Below the pieces are notes generated by a model, which was not told the DNA's origin, ran no database searches, and saw only the letters and a list, made by a program, of their open reading frames with translations. 64,000 bases of DNA. Origin: the human T2T-CHM13v2.0 reference genome, Homo sapiens. Shown here one piece after another: positions 13,916 to 35,304 of the stretch. The number at the start of each line of letters is the position of its first letter. Positions within the stretch are counted from its first letter, which is position 1. The DNA is taken from assembly GCF_009914755.1 (NCBI RefSeq), contig NC_060940.1, one strand, 5' to 3'. The translations under genes and the position numbers were made by a program.

Positions 13916-14817
13916 AATGGCTTTTACCAGGTTGAGGAAGTTCTTCCCTGTTATTTGTTCACTAAGAGTTTTTATCAGGAATGGATGTTGGATTTTGGCA
14001 AGTGCTTTCTCTTCATCTGTTAAGATAATAATGTTTTTTCCTTTAGTTAATTAATATAGTAAATTACATTGATTGAATTTTGAATGTTAAACTAACCCTA
14101 CATTCTTTGAATAAATCTCACTTGGCCCTGGTATACTATTCTTTATATATATATACATAATTTAGCATTTGACATGCTAAAATTTTGTTTAGAATTTTTA
14201 TGTCTAAGTTCAAGAGGATTATTGATCTATGTATTTCCTTGTAATGCTTTCTTTCTGGATTTTAGTGTTAGAGTACTATTAGCCTCATAGAATAAGTTGG
14301 AAAGTATCCCCTTCTCTTTAATTTTTGGAGGAGTTTGTATTGAATTAGCATTATTTCTTCTTTAAATATTTGGTGGAATATACCCGTGAAGCTATTTGGA
14401 CTTGGAGTTTTCTTTGTGGAGATGTTTTAAATTATAACTTCACTTGCTTTTATAGATAGATCTTTTCAGTTTATTTTTTCTTTAATGAGGTTTGGTAATT
14501 TGTGTCCCATAAGGATTTTTTGTTTTCGTTTTATCTAAGTTTTTGAATTTGTTGCCATAAAGTTATTTACTATATTTGCTTCTTATCTTTAATATCTGAA
14601 GAAATTTAAATGATGTAACTCATTTATTTCTGATATTAGTGATTTGTGTGTCTCTGTTAGTCATTCTGGCTAGAGATTTGTTAATTTTATTAATCTTCTC
14701 AAACGACCAGCTTTTGGTTTCATTGTTTTTCTCTACTGCTTTTCCATTTCATTGATTTCCACTTTGATCTTTATTATTCTTTTTCTTCTGCTTAATTTAG
14801 GTTTAGTTTTTCTTCTT

Positions 14818-15229
14818 TTTTATTTTTTAATTATACTTTAAGTTCTAGGGTACATGTGCACAACGTGCAGGTTTGTTACATATGTATACATGTGCCATGT
14901 TGGTGTGCTGCACCCATTAACTCGTCATTTATATTAGGTATATCTCCTAATGTTATCCCTCCCCACTCCCCCCACCCCACAACAGGCCCCAGTGTGTGAT
15001 GTTCCCCTTCCCGTGTCCGAGTGTTCTCATTGTTCAATTCCCACCTATGAATGAGAACATGCAGTGTTTGGTTTTTTGTCCTTGTGATGGTTTTCTGAGA
15101 ATGATGGTTTCCAGCTTCATCCATGTCCCTACAAAGGACACGAACTCATCCTTTTTTATGGCTGCATAGTATTCCATGGTGTATATGTGCCACATTTTCT
15201 TAATCCAGTCTATCATTGATGGACATTGG
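14818..15229 (-). mobile_element. 5'-truncated L1PA 3' end with 14-bp TSD
   Basis: L1PA 3' UTR and ORF2 tail (WIKKMWHIYTMEYY); TSD TAGTTTTTCTTCTT at 14804-14817 and 15230-15243. Confidence 0.92.
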
Positions 15230-15746
15230 TAGTTTTTCTTCTTATCCTAGTTTCTAAGGTGGAAGCTGAAGTTATTGATTTGAGACCTTTCTTCTTTTCT
15301 AATATAGGCACTAATTTCTGTTAGCATTGCTTTATGGCACTTGATAAATTCTGATACTTTGTGTTGTCATTTTCATGCTGCTTGGAAAACTTTCTAATTT
15401 CCCTTTTGATTTCATCTTTGACCTGTGGGTTATTTAGATGTGTACTATTTAGTTTCCAAATATTTTGGGATTTTTCCAGAGCTCTTTCAGTTATTGATTT
15501 CTAATTTAATTAATTTGTGGGCAGAGAATATACTTTGTATGCCTTGAATTCTTTTGAAATAATTGAGACTCGATTTATGTCCCAGAGTAGGATTTTTTTT
15601 TTTGTAACTGTTTTTTGTGCATTTGAGAAGAATGTTTATCCTGCTGTTGTTTGGTCGAGTGTTTTATAAATGTCAACTAGGTCAAGTTGGTTCATAGTTG
15701 TCAAGTCTACTATCTCCTTGGTGATTTCCTGTCCACTTGTTATGTC

Positions 15747-16049
15747 ATTTTTTTTTTTTTTTTTTCTGAGACAGGGTCTAACTGTGTCACCCAAGCACTG
15801 GAGTGCAGTGGTGTGAACATGGCTCACTGCAGCCTCGACCTCCTGGGCTCAAGTGATCTGCTTGCCTCAGCCTTCTGAGTAGCTGGGACCACAGGCTCAT
15901 GCCCCTATGTCCAGCTACTTTCTACATTTTTTATAGAGATGGGGTCTCACTTTGTTGCCCAGGCTGGTTAAGAACTCCTGGGCACAAGTGATCCTCCCAT
16001 CTCGGCCTTCAAATGTGCTGTGATGACAGGTGTGAGCCACTGTGCCCAG
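15747..16049 (-). mobile_element. AluJ-like
   Basis: Reverse-complement Alu. Confidence 0.88.
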
Positions 16050-16315
16050 TGTTCTATTAATTTTTGAGAGAGAGAGAGAGATACTGAAATTTCCAAGTAT
16101 AATTGTAGATTTATCTATTTTTATGGACCACATTTTGAGTTGCAAGAATCTGGGTATTCCCTGCTTCTTACTTCTCTGGGAAGCTTTTTCTAACCTCTCA
16201 GCTCACCCTAGAATGAAGTACACTCTACTTTTGCAATCAGAGCATTTAACAGTGTTTAATTACCTGTTCATTATTCTGTCCCCGCACTAGATCATTATGT
16301 CTTAGATAACAGTGA

Positions 16316-16654
<339 letters not shown>

Positions 16655-16863
16655 AACTTGAGAAATATTTGATGATATAAGAAAGATATTTAGGACTCAG
16701 TAAATGAACATATGGCATAACTAAAATCAGAAATCAGAATTCAGTGGAGTTAGGGAATTGCTGAAAGGAGTGGCAATGAGAATATAAAGATCTTAGAACT
16801 GAACAAAAATTATTGGGGAGGGCATGACTTTTCACATGATGCAAAACGGAGAGTGAAAGCTGA

Positions 16864-17437
<574 letters not shown>

Positions 17438-18539
17438 CTGTTATTGGGTTTGATTAGCATTTACTCAAATTAAGAGGTTCATATTGCTGATCCTTTTTGT
17501 TTCCCTTCCTTCCAAAGGATCCAGGTAAAATGTTGACCAACATGCAGGAAGTGGGCATCAGTCAAGAGCTCATGTGAACATCCAGGGATCACAGAGATTA
17601 CAAGGGCCTATCCTGGGTTTTGTGGCCCAGCTGTAGGGAATGAGGGATTTACTTTGTTTACAGTAACCAGAAGTAGGAAATTAACGGGAAAATTAGGCAT
17701 TATGGTTGGTGAAGAGAACCACTGGTGTACAGTAATAGTCTGAGGACACATGCCAGATTCTAAATGGAAAAGAGGTGAAAAAAAAAAAAAAGAAAAAGCA
17801 AGAGGGGGATGGTTCAGGATGAAGCTTGAGAATGAGAGAAAGCTGCCAGAGATGCCTTCATTTTAGTCTTGTGATGTGGGGATGGGGCAACAGGCTTAAC
17901 GGGACAGGGCTGGGCTCTGCTAGACCAGGTATAATCTTTAGAAGTGGTACATTCAGTGTCATTCTGCAATAGTGACAGAATGAAGCTCTTTCAATGCTTG
18001 AAGACCCAACTTACAGAGCCAAGACAGATGGTGAGCAGCAATCACTGAATGAATGTATAGAAAAATGTAAACTTCACAGAGCATTTTATCTCCCATCTGT
18101 TTCCCTCTGCAATTTCAACCTGGTACCATAAATCCAAATTCTGTACTTTCCCTCTTCAGGCTACCCATGTTGCCTCTGTCTTCGAAGGTTGCAGGCAGCA
18201 GAGCTGTTTTGGAAGTGACCTATTTGCCCAAGATGTTGAGTTTAGAGTTTTTAAAGGGGGTCCCCTTGCTTATGTTGTCAGACTGTATTAATGTATTCCT
18301 ACACTGGGATTTGATTTTGCATATACAGTATCTTCATAAAGAGACCAAAATAGTTCATTCAGTAGCTTTGTGTTCAAATGCTCTGCCTTAGCTACTCACA
18401 GACTTACTCCACTGGCATATTGATATATGACTTTATTCAGATCTCTGTCTAGGAATTGGCAATACAGATATAATTTGATATGGTCTTTGCCCTTAAGGAG
18501 TGCATGATCTAATAGAAAAGAAAATGAATGAATATTGCT

Positions 18540-19330
18540 TAATTATCTATACAATAATTTATGATTTCCCATAAATCTGTGGGTTGTCTCGCCTGCTGGG
18601 GCTCAGCTGGGAGGTTCTTCTGCATGTCTTGCTTGGTGGCCTCTTACGCAGATGCATTCAGCTTGCAGTTGGGCTTGACTGGAAGATCCTACTTGGGTTC
18701 ATTCATATATCTGGTGCCTGAATACTTTTCCCTGTGGTCTTTCTCTTTCTTTGTAGTGTCTCATCATTCAGTAGTCTAGTCCAAGCTTCTTTACAGGAAG
18801 GTGACTGGCTTCACCAGGGAGAAAGTGGAGGTTTCTGGGCTTTTTATTTATTTATTTAGAGACAGGGTCTTGCTCTGTCACCCGGGCTAGGGTGCAGTGG
18901 TGCAATCTCAGCTCACTGCAGCCTTGAACACCTGGGCTCAAGCAGTCCTCCCACCTCAGTCTCCTGAGTAGCTGGGACTACAGGTGCACACCACTTCACC
19001 TGTGTAATTTTTATATTTTTGTAGAGACGGGGTTTCGCTACACTGCCCAGCCTGGTCTCCAACTCCTGTGTGCAAGCGATCTGCATGCCTTGGCCTCCCA
19101 AAGTGCTGGGATTACAGGCATGTGCCAGCATGCAGGGCCTCTGCTGGGTTTCTTAAAGGAGAAGACCAGAAATAGCATCCATTCTGCTGCATTTTATTGG
19201 TCAAGGAAAGTCACGGTGCCAGTCTCAAGTCAAGAGAAAAGGTAATGAACTTAATGGGTGAAGTGGCACACACTTATAGGCAAGGAGGGGATTGACAGCA
19301 ACCCTTTTTGGAAAGTATCTCCCACAGATA
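18540..19330. mobile_element. Old MLT1-type LTR remnant interrupted by an Alu
   Basis: GCTGGGGCTCAGCTGGGAGGTTCTTCTGC...CATTTTATTGGTCAAGGAAAGTCAC motifs. Confidence 0.55.
18841..19139 (-). mobile_element. AluJ-like
   Basis: Reverse-complement Alu. Confidence 0.88.
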
Positions 19331-19349
19331 CAAATAAATAAACCATAAC

Positions 19350-19560
19350 TAAAATTTAGTGAGCACTTCTGTGTCAGACAGCAGGCCAAGTACCTGACAT
19401 GTATTATCTCATGAAATCCTCATACATGAAGTTCCCATATCCAGTGAAGTAGGAATCATTCTTATTCCCATCTTATAAGCAAGTGGAAGATGGCAGAGAT
19501 TAAATAAATAACCCCAGGTCAAATACCTGATCAATGATGATGCCAGGATTCAAGTCCCTT
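19350..19560 (-). mobile_element. MIR remnant
   Basis: TATTATCTCATGAAATCCTCA...TATTCCCATCTTATA...CCAGGATTCAAG. Confidence 0.55.
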
Positions 19561-19599
19561 GGAGTTGGATTTGTTGTACTCTGAGAGGGAGCTGAGTGC

Positions 19600-20700
19600 A
19601 CTGGTTAAGAACTCAGTCCTGTAGGTCGTCATACTGTAGTAAATGCTATGAGAGAGGGTTCAGAGAATAAAGATCTCTTCTATTTGGGGGTTCAGAAAAG
19701 TCTTCAGGAAAGGTGCCATTTGAGTTGCATGTTGATGTTTAGGAACAATTTAGACCTGAACAAATTTGGGAATTAAGGATTTCTCGTAGGCAGAAAACAT
19801 CATAATATATATGTGGGAAGAGGAAGCAGAGGCATGCACTGAGACTAGCAATCAGTTCAGCTTGGGTGGCCTCTAGGATTCAAGGAAGGAGACAGCAAGA
19901 GCTGTTGGAGACGGGAAGTTTGGGGTCAGATTATGAAAATAGTTGAATACCAGGCTGAGATATTTGGGCCTTTATTTAGTGGAAACTAGGGAGACATTTA
20001 GTGTTTTGGAACAAGAGCTTTATTTTTAAAGGTTAAAATCCCTGGCCGGGTGCAGTGGCTCACGCATGTAATCCCAGCATTTTGGGAGGTTGAGGTAGGC
20101 AGGTCAGGAGTTCGAGACCAGCTTGGCCACTATAGTGAAACCCCATCTCTACTAAAAATACAAAAATTAGCCGGGCATGGTGGCATGCACCTGTAGTCCC
20201 AGCTACTCAGGAGGCTGAGGCAGGAGAATCACTTGAAACCAGAAGGCAGAGGTTGCAGTGAGCTGAGCTCGTGCTGCTGCACTCCAGCCTGGGCAACAGA
20301 GCGAGACTCCATCTCAAAAAAAAAAAAAAAAAAAAATCACAGGGTAGACCTGAAACACTGAAATGGAGATACTGGAGGCAGGATGAACAAAGCGAAATGC
20401 TTTTTCAATGTCAGTTGAGAGGGAAACTTTATACTGACCATCCATTGGAGTGGTGAAGAGATACGGAATAGTAGAGATATTGAAGAGTTTGGTAGTTGAG
20501 GAAGGAGTCAAAAATAGATCTAGAATATCCAGCCTGAGTAACCAAAAGAATAGAGATGGGGCAGACTTGGAGAACATATAATTATTTAAATTTGAGGGCT
20601 ACGGAATTGACTTCAAACAGCGCTGTTGACCTTGCGAGGGGCCAAGGTGGACTTCTGGGAGTTGGTCCAAAGGTGAGAGCCATTTATAATGAAGAAACAT
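19600..20700. mobile_element. L2 remnant interrupted by an Alu
   Basis: GA-rich diverged motifs (GGGGTCAGATTATGAA..., CAGGCTGAGATATTTGG). Confidence 0.4.
20044..20337 (+). mobile_element. AluS-like
   Basis: Full Alu with A tail; TSD-like AAAATCCC / AAAATCAC. Confidence 0.9.
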
Positions 20701-20796
20701 GACACTTTTCCTTTTAATTAATTTTGCAAGATACTGCAGACCAGTGACCTGGTTTTCTCCTTTTCTCTTCATTACTCTCAATTATTTCCAAAATTA

Positions 20797-21094
20797 GTCA
20801 GATGCAGTGGCCCACACCTGTAGTCTTAGCTACTCAGGAGATAGAGGTGAGAGGATTACTTGAGCCCAAAAGTTCTGGGCTGTAGTGCGCTATGCCCATG
20901 GGTGTCCATGCTAAGTTCAGTGTCAGTATGATGACTCTTGGGAGCTGGAGACTGCCAGGCTGCCTAAGGAGGGGTGAACTGGCCCAGGTCAGTAATAGAG
21001 CAGGTCAAAACTCCCGTGCTGCTCAGCAGTGAGATCATGCCTGTGAATAGCCACTGCACTCCAGCCTGGGCAACATAATGAGACCCCATCTCTT
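20797..21094 (+). pseudogene. 7SL (SRP) RNA processed pseudogene (RN7SL-type)
   Basis: Alu-domain ends plus the S domain absent from Alus (GTTCTGGGCTGTAGTGCGCTATGCC..., GCCTAAGGAGGGGTGAACTGGCCCAGGTC, GAGCAGGTCAAAACTCCCGTGCTG); A/C-rich tail; heavy CpG decay. Confidence 0.93.
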
Positions 21095-22194
21095 AAAACA
21101 AACAAGCAAACAAACCTCAAAGTAACCCAAACCCAGTGATGTTTCTGGCCTGCTCCATTGGCTTTTACTATCCTCCACCCACATCCCTCTGCCTGCTACC
21201 CTCACATCAACATCATAAGAGGTACTGCCTTGTATCAGGGCAATTGGTGCTCAATGGGGCACTATGACTTGATCATCTGCTTTACATGTAAAGAAAGTGA
21301 GATAGAGAAAAGTTAAATGACCAGCACAACGTAAAACCAGGATATGTGTGTTGACCTGAGTCCGTGCAGGAGGGAGGGCATTTATGACCTTTATTCACAG
21401 GGTATGGGATGGTGGAAGGCCAAGTCATGGTCGGATGAAACAAATAGGTAGGGGAGGGATGAGTATTGCTTTGTGACCTGGCAGCATCAGCACTAATCTT
21501 GGGATAAGTAGAGCTGTGAACCGCTGACTCAGTTTCCTTTGCAGAGGCTGAAAAATGCAAGGTATTTACTTGATAAGAGCCCTAATAGGTTCAGGACAGA
21601 AGATTCTGTAATGGTGCTGTGATTAAGGACTTTCATTCTGATTAGAATTACACTCTAGCAAATGAGTGTGAACTGTCGGAACTTAAGTAGCTGCTCAACA
21701 GAATGAATGCAGTCATTTCTGAAGTGGCTTGTTAACTTATTATTTCCTACCATTCTGCCTCATTACCGACACTCACCCTCATCGTTCATCAAGATTGGTA
21801 GCCCCTTGAGGAGGAGAAGAGGAGTGGGAGATGGTATAAGTTGTCTGTACCAGGTCCCATGCTGAAGGGAAAGGGCCCACATAGGAGCAGGTTTCCAAGA
21901 GCTTCTACAATTGTTAAGGACCTCCTAGGTGAAGCTATTGTTACCTGCGTGCATATGCTAAAACAATACTACTGTTAATATTTGTAATAGTAACAGTGAC
22001 AATAACAACTGTCACTTATTTCACAGTTTCAACTGATCTTACAGTGGGCTGGGTGGGATGCATATTATTTTGAATCCCCTTAACAGCTCCCTTTACAGAT
22101 GGGAAAATAGATTTCTCAGTTCCACAGCTTTAAATCCTGTTTCAGACACCAAAGTTTGTGCTTTGTCTTCTGTGAAGGGAATTGAAATTGCTAT

Positions 22195-22464
22195 TTTCTT
22201 TTCTAAGACAGGGTCTCACTCTGTAACACATGCTGGGGTACAGTGGCTTGATCAGGGCTCACTGCAGCCTTGACCTCCTGGGGCTCAAGCAGTTCTCCCA
22301 CCTCAGCCTCCAAAGTAACTGGGACTACAGGTGTGTACCATCATGCCTGGCTAATTAAAAAAATTTTTTTTTTGTAGAGATGTAGTTTCAACATGTTGCC
22401 CAGGCTGGTCTCAAGCTTGTGGGCTCAAGTGATCTGCCTGCCTTGGCCTCCCAAAATGCTGGGG
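22195..22464 (-). mobile_element. AluJ-like, 5' truncated
   Basis: Reverse-complement Alu; GAAATTGCTATTTTCT duplicated on both sides. Confidence 0.85.
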
Positions 22465-22730
22465 AAATTGCTATTTTCTATCTTACATGGTGGGGAATAG
22501 GAATGTTAGGATAGGCCTTTGAATCTAGTTTTCAGTTGTTTCCATACCATCTTTTGGTTATTTTAGTGAGTATGGGGAAAATATATATATACTTCCCAAC
22601 ATTGTAATTCTTCATTCTTCCCCATCATCATGGTAGTCAGGTTAGGACGCTCGTGGGAATAATTCAGACTTGAACATCAGGAAAAGCTGGGCCAAACACA
22701 AAATTGGCCACAAATACAGAGCTTGTGGAT

Positions 22731-23015
22731 TTATTTTATTTATTTATTTTTAAGAATGCTTGTTTGTTTACTTTCAATAGCTTTAAGGGTACAAGTGGTT
22801 TTTGGTTACATTGATATATAGTGGTGAAGCCTGGGCTTTTAGTGTGCCCGTCACCTGAGTAGTGCACATTGTACCCAACAGGTAATTTTCATCCTTCTCT
22901 CCCCTGCCACCATCCCTGCTTCTGAATCTCCAATGTCCATTATTCCACTCTTTATGGCCCTGTGTACCCATAGTGTAGCTCTTGCTTATAAGTGAGAATA
23001 TGCAGTATTTGGTTT
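22731..23015 (-). mobile_element. L1 (PA-old/PB) 3' end fragment
   Basis: GGGTACAAGTGGTTTTTGGTTACA...ATAAGTGAGAATATGCAG; TGTGGATTTATTTT duplicated on both sides. Confidence 0.8.
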
Positions 23016-23199
23016 ATGTGGATTTATTTTGGGTCATCTTCCTCTCTGCAGCTAGGCTGGCCTCTGCTAATAGGAGGTGAACATTTTGAAAGCTACATGT
23101 GAATCAATACTTACCAGGCTTAGCTTAAAGTAATAGGTAATACTGATTAGAAAGGAAACCTATTGCATGTGTAGGAAAATACAGCTGGCTAGGTAGGCA

Positions 23200-23360
23200 G
23201 CTTAGTGTAATGAAAGCAACACAGACTCTGTAATCCAATAGACACTGGTTTGAATTTTATCTCCAAAACTAACCTTGCAACTTTGAGGAATTCTCTTGAT
23301 CATTCTGAGGCTCAGTTTCCTTGGCTGTAAAATGCACCTACCTCACAAGCTTGGTTGAGG
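23200..23360 (+). mobile_element. MIR remnant
   Basis: CTGAGGCTCAGTTTCCTTGGCTGTAAAATG core. Confidence 0.6.
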
Positions 23361-24641
23361 AAGCTATTGCTACTACTGATAGCAGTCCTTGGGTGCTATA
23401 ATAGCTGTTTTAAGTACATTCGGTGTGTGTGTTCATGCTTTCGTTGATGCTTGGAGGCTCCCAGACCTTTATTTTGGAAATAGGGTCATCAGTTTTTGCT
23501 ATTGTATTTTTCTTTACTTTTTTTTTTTTCCCATTTTGGTGGTCATTGAAGTTTTTTTGAACACCCCAGCCTGCTCCTGCTCTCCTTAGAGACATGTCGA
23601 TATGGCATTATGGAATTCTAAGGAGTAAGCAGGATACTCCTGGATGCTGTTGTGGAGTAAAAGGAAAAATCCAAGCAGAAGGCAAGACACAGAGGGGCTG
23701 TGCGCAGGACTGTTCATATAGCCCTTCTTTCTGGGACAACCCTCTCTGGAGCCCTAAACATAAAAGTCCAAACTGGTCTTAGGGTACTGAATTTAACACA
23801 GGATATTAATTCTTCACTAATTCCTTTAACCCCCCTTTTCCATTATCTATCTCTTTATATTTTTAGCTAGATAATATTCATCTATATTTAATCACACCAA
23901 TAATGTAACACATAATTATATAATTCAAGAAAGTGGATATAGTGTTGCAAAAATCTAAGATCTTTGCATTGCATAGAAAAAGGGTTTAAAAAGGTAAAGC
24001 AATACTTATAACTAGAATCTGGTAGGTCAGGGATGCATTCGTAATCACAAAGAATGAATTTCTAGCTTGTCTTTGGACCTTATCAAATGTTACCTCACAC
24101 TATAGATATTTTCTAAGAATTTTATCACTGTTTCTTATAGTACAAAGTCATTGCCAATTCCACAGTACCTAGTTCAGAGCTGGTACATAGAGGTGCTTAG
24201 TTTTTGTTGGTGGTGGTGCTTTTGATTCAGGAAGAAAATTAGAAAGAGAGACTTGGCCAATTTCAGTATATCTGTACAGTATTATATGAGGTGCTGTTTG
24301 TATCTGTTCAGTTAAACAAATACTAGAGTGTTTGTTTTGTGCAATACTGGGTATACAAAGAAAAATGAACATAGTTCCTGACCTTGAACTTAACATAGTT
24401 TGGGGTGCAAAAATCACACAATCACAAAATGTCATGATCACATACAGGATATTATGAAAAAAAAAGGGGAAAGAGGAGGTTAATATTATCTGGGGTTTTG
24501 AAGAAGGCTTCTGGGCATGGCACCTTCATTAAGAACCTGAATGAATGAACAAGAGTCATCCAAGGGGAAAAAGGAGAGTCCATTCCAGGCAAAGAAGTCA
24601 GTGTAAGCAAAGTGAGAAGATATGAAACAAAAAGCAAGTAG

Positions 24642-24946
24642 GGCCAGGTGTGGTAGCTCACGCCTGTAATGCCAGCACTTTGGGAGGCTGAGGTGGGCGG
24701 ATCACCTGAGGTCAGGAGTTCGAGAACAGCCTGACCAACATGGAGAAACCCCATTTCTACTAAAAATACAAAATTAGCTGGGTGTGGTGGCATGTGCCTG
24801 TAATCGCAGCTACTCAGGAGGCTGAGGCAGGAGAATTGCTTGAACCCGGGAGGTGGAGGTTGAGGTGAGCCAAGATCGCCCCATTGCACTCCAGCGTGGG
24901 CAGCAAGAGCAAAACTCCATAACAACAACAAACAAACAAACAAACA
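24642..24946 (+). mobile_element. AluSp/Sq-like
   Basis: Full Alu with CAAA tail. Confidence 0.9.
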
Positions 24947-24987
24947 AGTGGGAAATTTGGTGTTTTACCAGAGTGTGGGCCCAAATG

Positions 24988-25217
<230 letters not shown>

Positions 25218-25548
25218 TGAAAAGAAGTGGCTGGAGCACAAGTTCAGACTCAAGTAGAGTGGCTCTGAGTCTGCATCCTAGCACTCCTCCATGCTGCTTC
25301 TCTTGGTCTTGAAACCAAGAAGTTGCTTATATTTTTGTCAAAGGAATCTTTTCCTTAGTGAATTCCTGTAATTAAAAAATAACTTTCTTATTTGTTTAAT
25401 ATTCATTATAAAAAATTTAGCCAGCACTGATAAGCAAAAAGAAAAACTCTATTTCCAACATCCTTTAGGAAACTATTTAAAACAGTTTGGGATTTCTTTC
25501 TATTGTTCTCTCCCTCCCTCCCTCTCTCTCACTTTACTTTCCCTTAAT

Positions 25549-25587
25549 TGTGTGTATGTGTGTGTGTGTGTGTGCGGGGGGGGGGGT
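25549..25587. repeat. (TG)n followed by a G run
   Basis: Direct reading. Confidence 0.9.
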
Positions 25588-25636
25588 ATACAGTGATTCT
25601 TTGGGCCATCACTCTAAGTCATTAGATATTTTGTAG

Positions 25637-26035
<399 letters not shown>

Positions 26036-26156
26036 TAATAATTGCATAACACTCCTTTTTGGGTCAGTTTTAACAATTATTTTTAACTTTTTTTTGTCTT
26101 TTAAATTCTTCATTTGTGACAACTTAGTTTTTTGAACATATAAAAATTGGGAAACA

Positions 26157-26660
<504 letters not shown>

Positions 26661-26680
26661 TTTAAAAAACTGTGTATATT

Positions 26681-28146
<1,466 letters not shown>

Positions 28147-28163
28147 AAAAAATTGTATATATT

Positions 28164-28370
28164 TAAGGTACACAACGTGATGTTTTGATAGACAATGTGA
28201 GACGATCATCACATTCCAGTAATTAACATATCAATCATTTCTACATAGTCACCATTTCTGTACCCTTTGACCAACATCACTCCATTCCCATCTCTTCCCA
28301 GCCCCTGGCAATCACCATCCTACTCTGTGCTTCTATGAGTCTGGCTATTTTAGATTCTGTGTATAAGTGT
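28164..28370 (-). mobile_element. L1MA/MB 3' end fragment
   Basis: TAAGGTACACAACGTGATGTTTTG...CCCTGGCAATCACCATCCTACTCTG. Confidence 0.7.
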
Positions 28371-28511
28371 ATAAGTTTGTAGAGGGCAGAACATGGTTTA
28401 GACATGCTGAGTTTTTGGGGCTTATGGGTCATTTAAATGGGAATGCCCTCAAGTAGCTGAAGGTATGAATCTGAAGGCCGAAGAAATTTTGTGTAAAGAA
28501 ATTCTTATTTT

Positions 28512-28824
<313 letters not shown>

Positions 28825-29049
28825 TTACACTTGGTGAACTTAAGACTCAGAAGATAAGTCACTTTCCCAAGGTTCAAAGACTTTATATGTCTGGCTAATG
28901 CTGGGTTCTTCATGCATGATATTTACCATTTCATGGGTCAAGAAACTAATAAATTCATCTGTGAGGTAAAACAGTCTTTTTTTTTTTTTTTTTTATCATA
29001 CACAATGTTCAGCTCATTTTTCATTCTGGTCACTCTCACCTCACACTTT

Positions 29050-29208
29050 GTTTATTATTTATTCATTTTTTAGAGACAGGATCTTGCTCTGTTGCCCAGG
29101 CTGGAGTGCAGTGGCACGATCATAGCTCACTGCATTGACCTCCTGGGCTGTAGTGATCCATCCGCCTCAGCCTCCTGAGTAGCTAGGACTACAGGCACAC
29201 ACTACCAT
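29050..29208 (-). mobile_element. Alu right arm (J/FRAM-like)
   Basis: Single arm. Confidence 0.75.
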
Positions 29209-29835
29209 CTTTTAATTTTATTTGATTCTTTTGTCTCTCAGTGTTTCATTTTGAATAGTTTCTATTCCTATCTTTTTAATTCACTGATCTTTTCTTTGCA
29301 ATGTCTAATCTGCCATTACTCCCATCCAATATATTTTCCATGTGATACATTGTATTTTTTCATCTCTAGAAGTTAGATTTGAGTCTTTTTATATCTTTTA
29401 TTCTTGTACTTCAAATTTTAAACATGTGAAATGAAGGTATAATAATAATTTGAATGTTTTTGCCTGCAAAATTCAAACATCTGTCTCAATTCTTGGTCAG
29501 TTTTGATTGATTGCTTTTTCTCCTCATTATGTTTGTATTTTTTTTTTAAACTTCTTTGTGTTTCTGTTAATTTCTGATTGGATGCCAGATATTGTGAATT
29601 TTACTTTATTATATATCTTAGTTCATTTAGGCTTCTGTAACAAAATACCTTAGACTGAGTAATTTACAAGCAACAGAAATTTGTTGCTCACAGTTCTGGA
29701 GGCTGGGAAGTCCAAGATTAAGGTGCTAGCAGATTTAGAGTTTGGTGAGGGCTTGCTCTCCACTTCAGAGATAGTGCCTTGTTGTGTTCTCACATGGTGA
29801 AAGGGTCAAGGGAGTTCCCTCAAGCCTCTTAGTGA

Positions 29836-30168
<333 letters not shown>

Positions 30169-30409
30169 GCCCCCCTTCTTTTTATTTATTTATTTATTTT
30201 ATTTTATTTTTTATTATACTTTAAGTTCTAGGGTACATGTGCACAACGTGCAGGTTTGTTACATATGTATACATGTGCCATGTTGGTGTGCTGCACCCAT
30301 TAACTGGTCATTTACATTAGGTATATCTCCTAATGCTATCCCTGCCCCCACGCCATGACAGGCCCTGGTGTGTGATGTTCCCCTTCCTGTGTCCAAGTGT
30401 TCTCATTGT

Positions 30410-34226
<3,817 letters not shown>

Positions 34227-34289
34227 TGTGATATTAGCTGGTTATTTTGCTCATTAGTTGCTGCAGTTTCTTCCTAGCATCGATGGTCT

Positions 34290-35304
34290 TTACATTTTGG
34301 CATGTTTTTGCAGTGGCTGGTACCAGTTGTTCCTTTCCATGTTTAGTGCTTCCTTCAGGAGCTCTTGTAAGGCAGGCCTGGTGGTGATAAAATCTCTCAG
34401 CATTTGCTTGTCTGTAAAGGATTTTATTTCTCCTTCACTTATGAAGCTTAGTTTGGCTGGATATGAAATTCTAGGTTGGAAATTCTTTTAAGAATGTTGA
34501 ATAGTGGCCCCCACTCTCTTCTGGCTTGTAGAGTTTATGCTGAGAGATCCACTGTTAATCTGATGGGTTTCTCTTTGTGGGTAACCCGAGCTTTCTCTCT
34601 GGCTGCCCTTAACATTTTTTCCTTCATTTCAACTTTGGTGAATCTGACAATTATGTGTCTTGGAGTTGCTCTTCTCAAGGAGTGTCTTTGTGGCATTCTC
34701 TGTATTTCCTGAATTTGAATGTTGGCCTGCATTGCTAGATTGGGGAAGTTCTCCTGGATAATATCCTGCAGAGTGATTTCCAGCTTGGTTCCATTCTCCC
34801 CATCACTTTCAGGTACACCAATCAGAGGTAGATTTTGGTCTTTTCACATAGTCCCATATTTCCTGGAGGCTTTGTTCATTTCTTTTTACTCTTTTTTCTC
34901 TAAACTTCTCTTCTCGCTTCATTTCATTCATTAGATCTTCAATCACTGATACCCTTTCTTCCAGTTGATCAAATCAGTTACTGAAGCTTGTGCATTCATC
35001 ACGTAGTTCTGGTGCCATGGTTTTCAGCTCCATCAGGTCATTTAAGGACTTCTCTACACTGGTTATTCTAGTTAGCCATTTGTCTAATTTTTTTTTCAAG
35101 GTTTTTAGCTTGTTTGTGATGGGTTTGAACTTCCTCCTTTAGCTCGGAGAAGTTTGATCATCTGAATCCTTCTTCTCGCAACTGATCAAAGTCATTCTCT
35201 GTCCAGCTTTGTTCTCTTGCTGGTGAGGAGCTGCGTTCCTTTGGAGGGGGAGAGATGCTCTGATTTTTAGAATTTTCAACTTTTCTGCTCTGTTTTTTCC
35301 CCAT
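34290..35304 (-). pseudogene. L1 ORF1, disrupted
   Basis: ATG GGG AAA AAA CAG at 35304; fragment RATPRHIIVRFTKVEMKEKMLRAAREK; ends HAKM* at 34290; no continuous ORF. Confidence 0.9.

Noticed and set aside
21521-21540. TGACTCAGTTTCC AP-1 plus GGAAA composite motif
   Set aside because: Short motif expected by chance in 64 kb; spacing does not match the canonical NFAT:AP-1 element.
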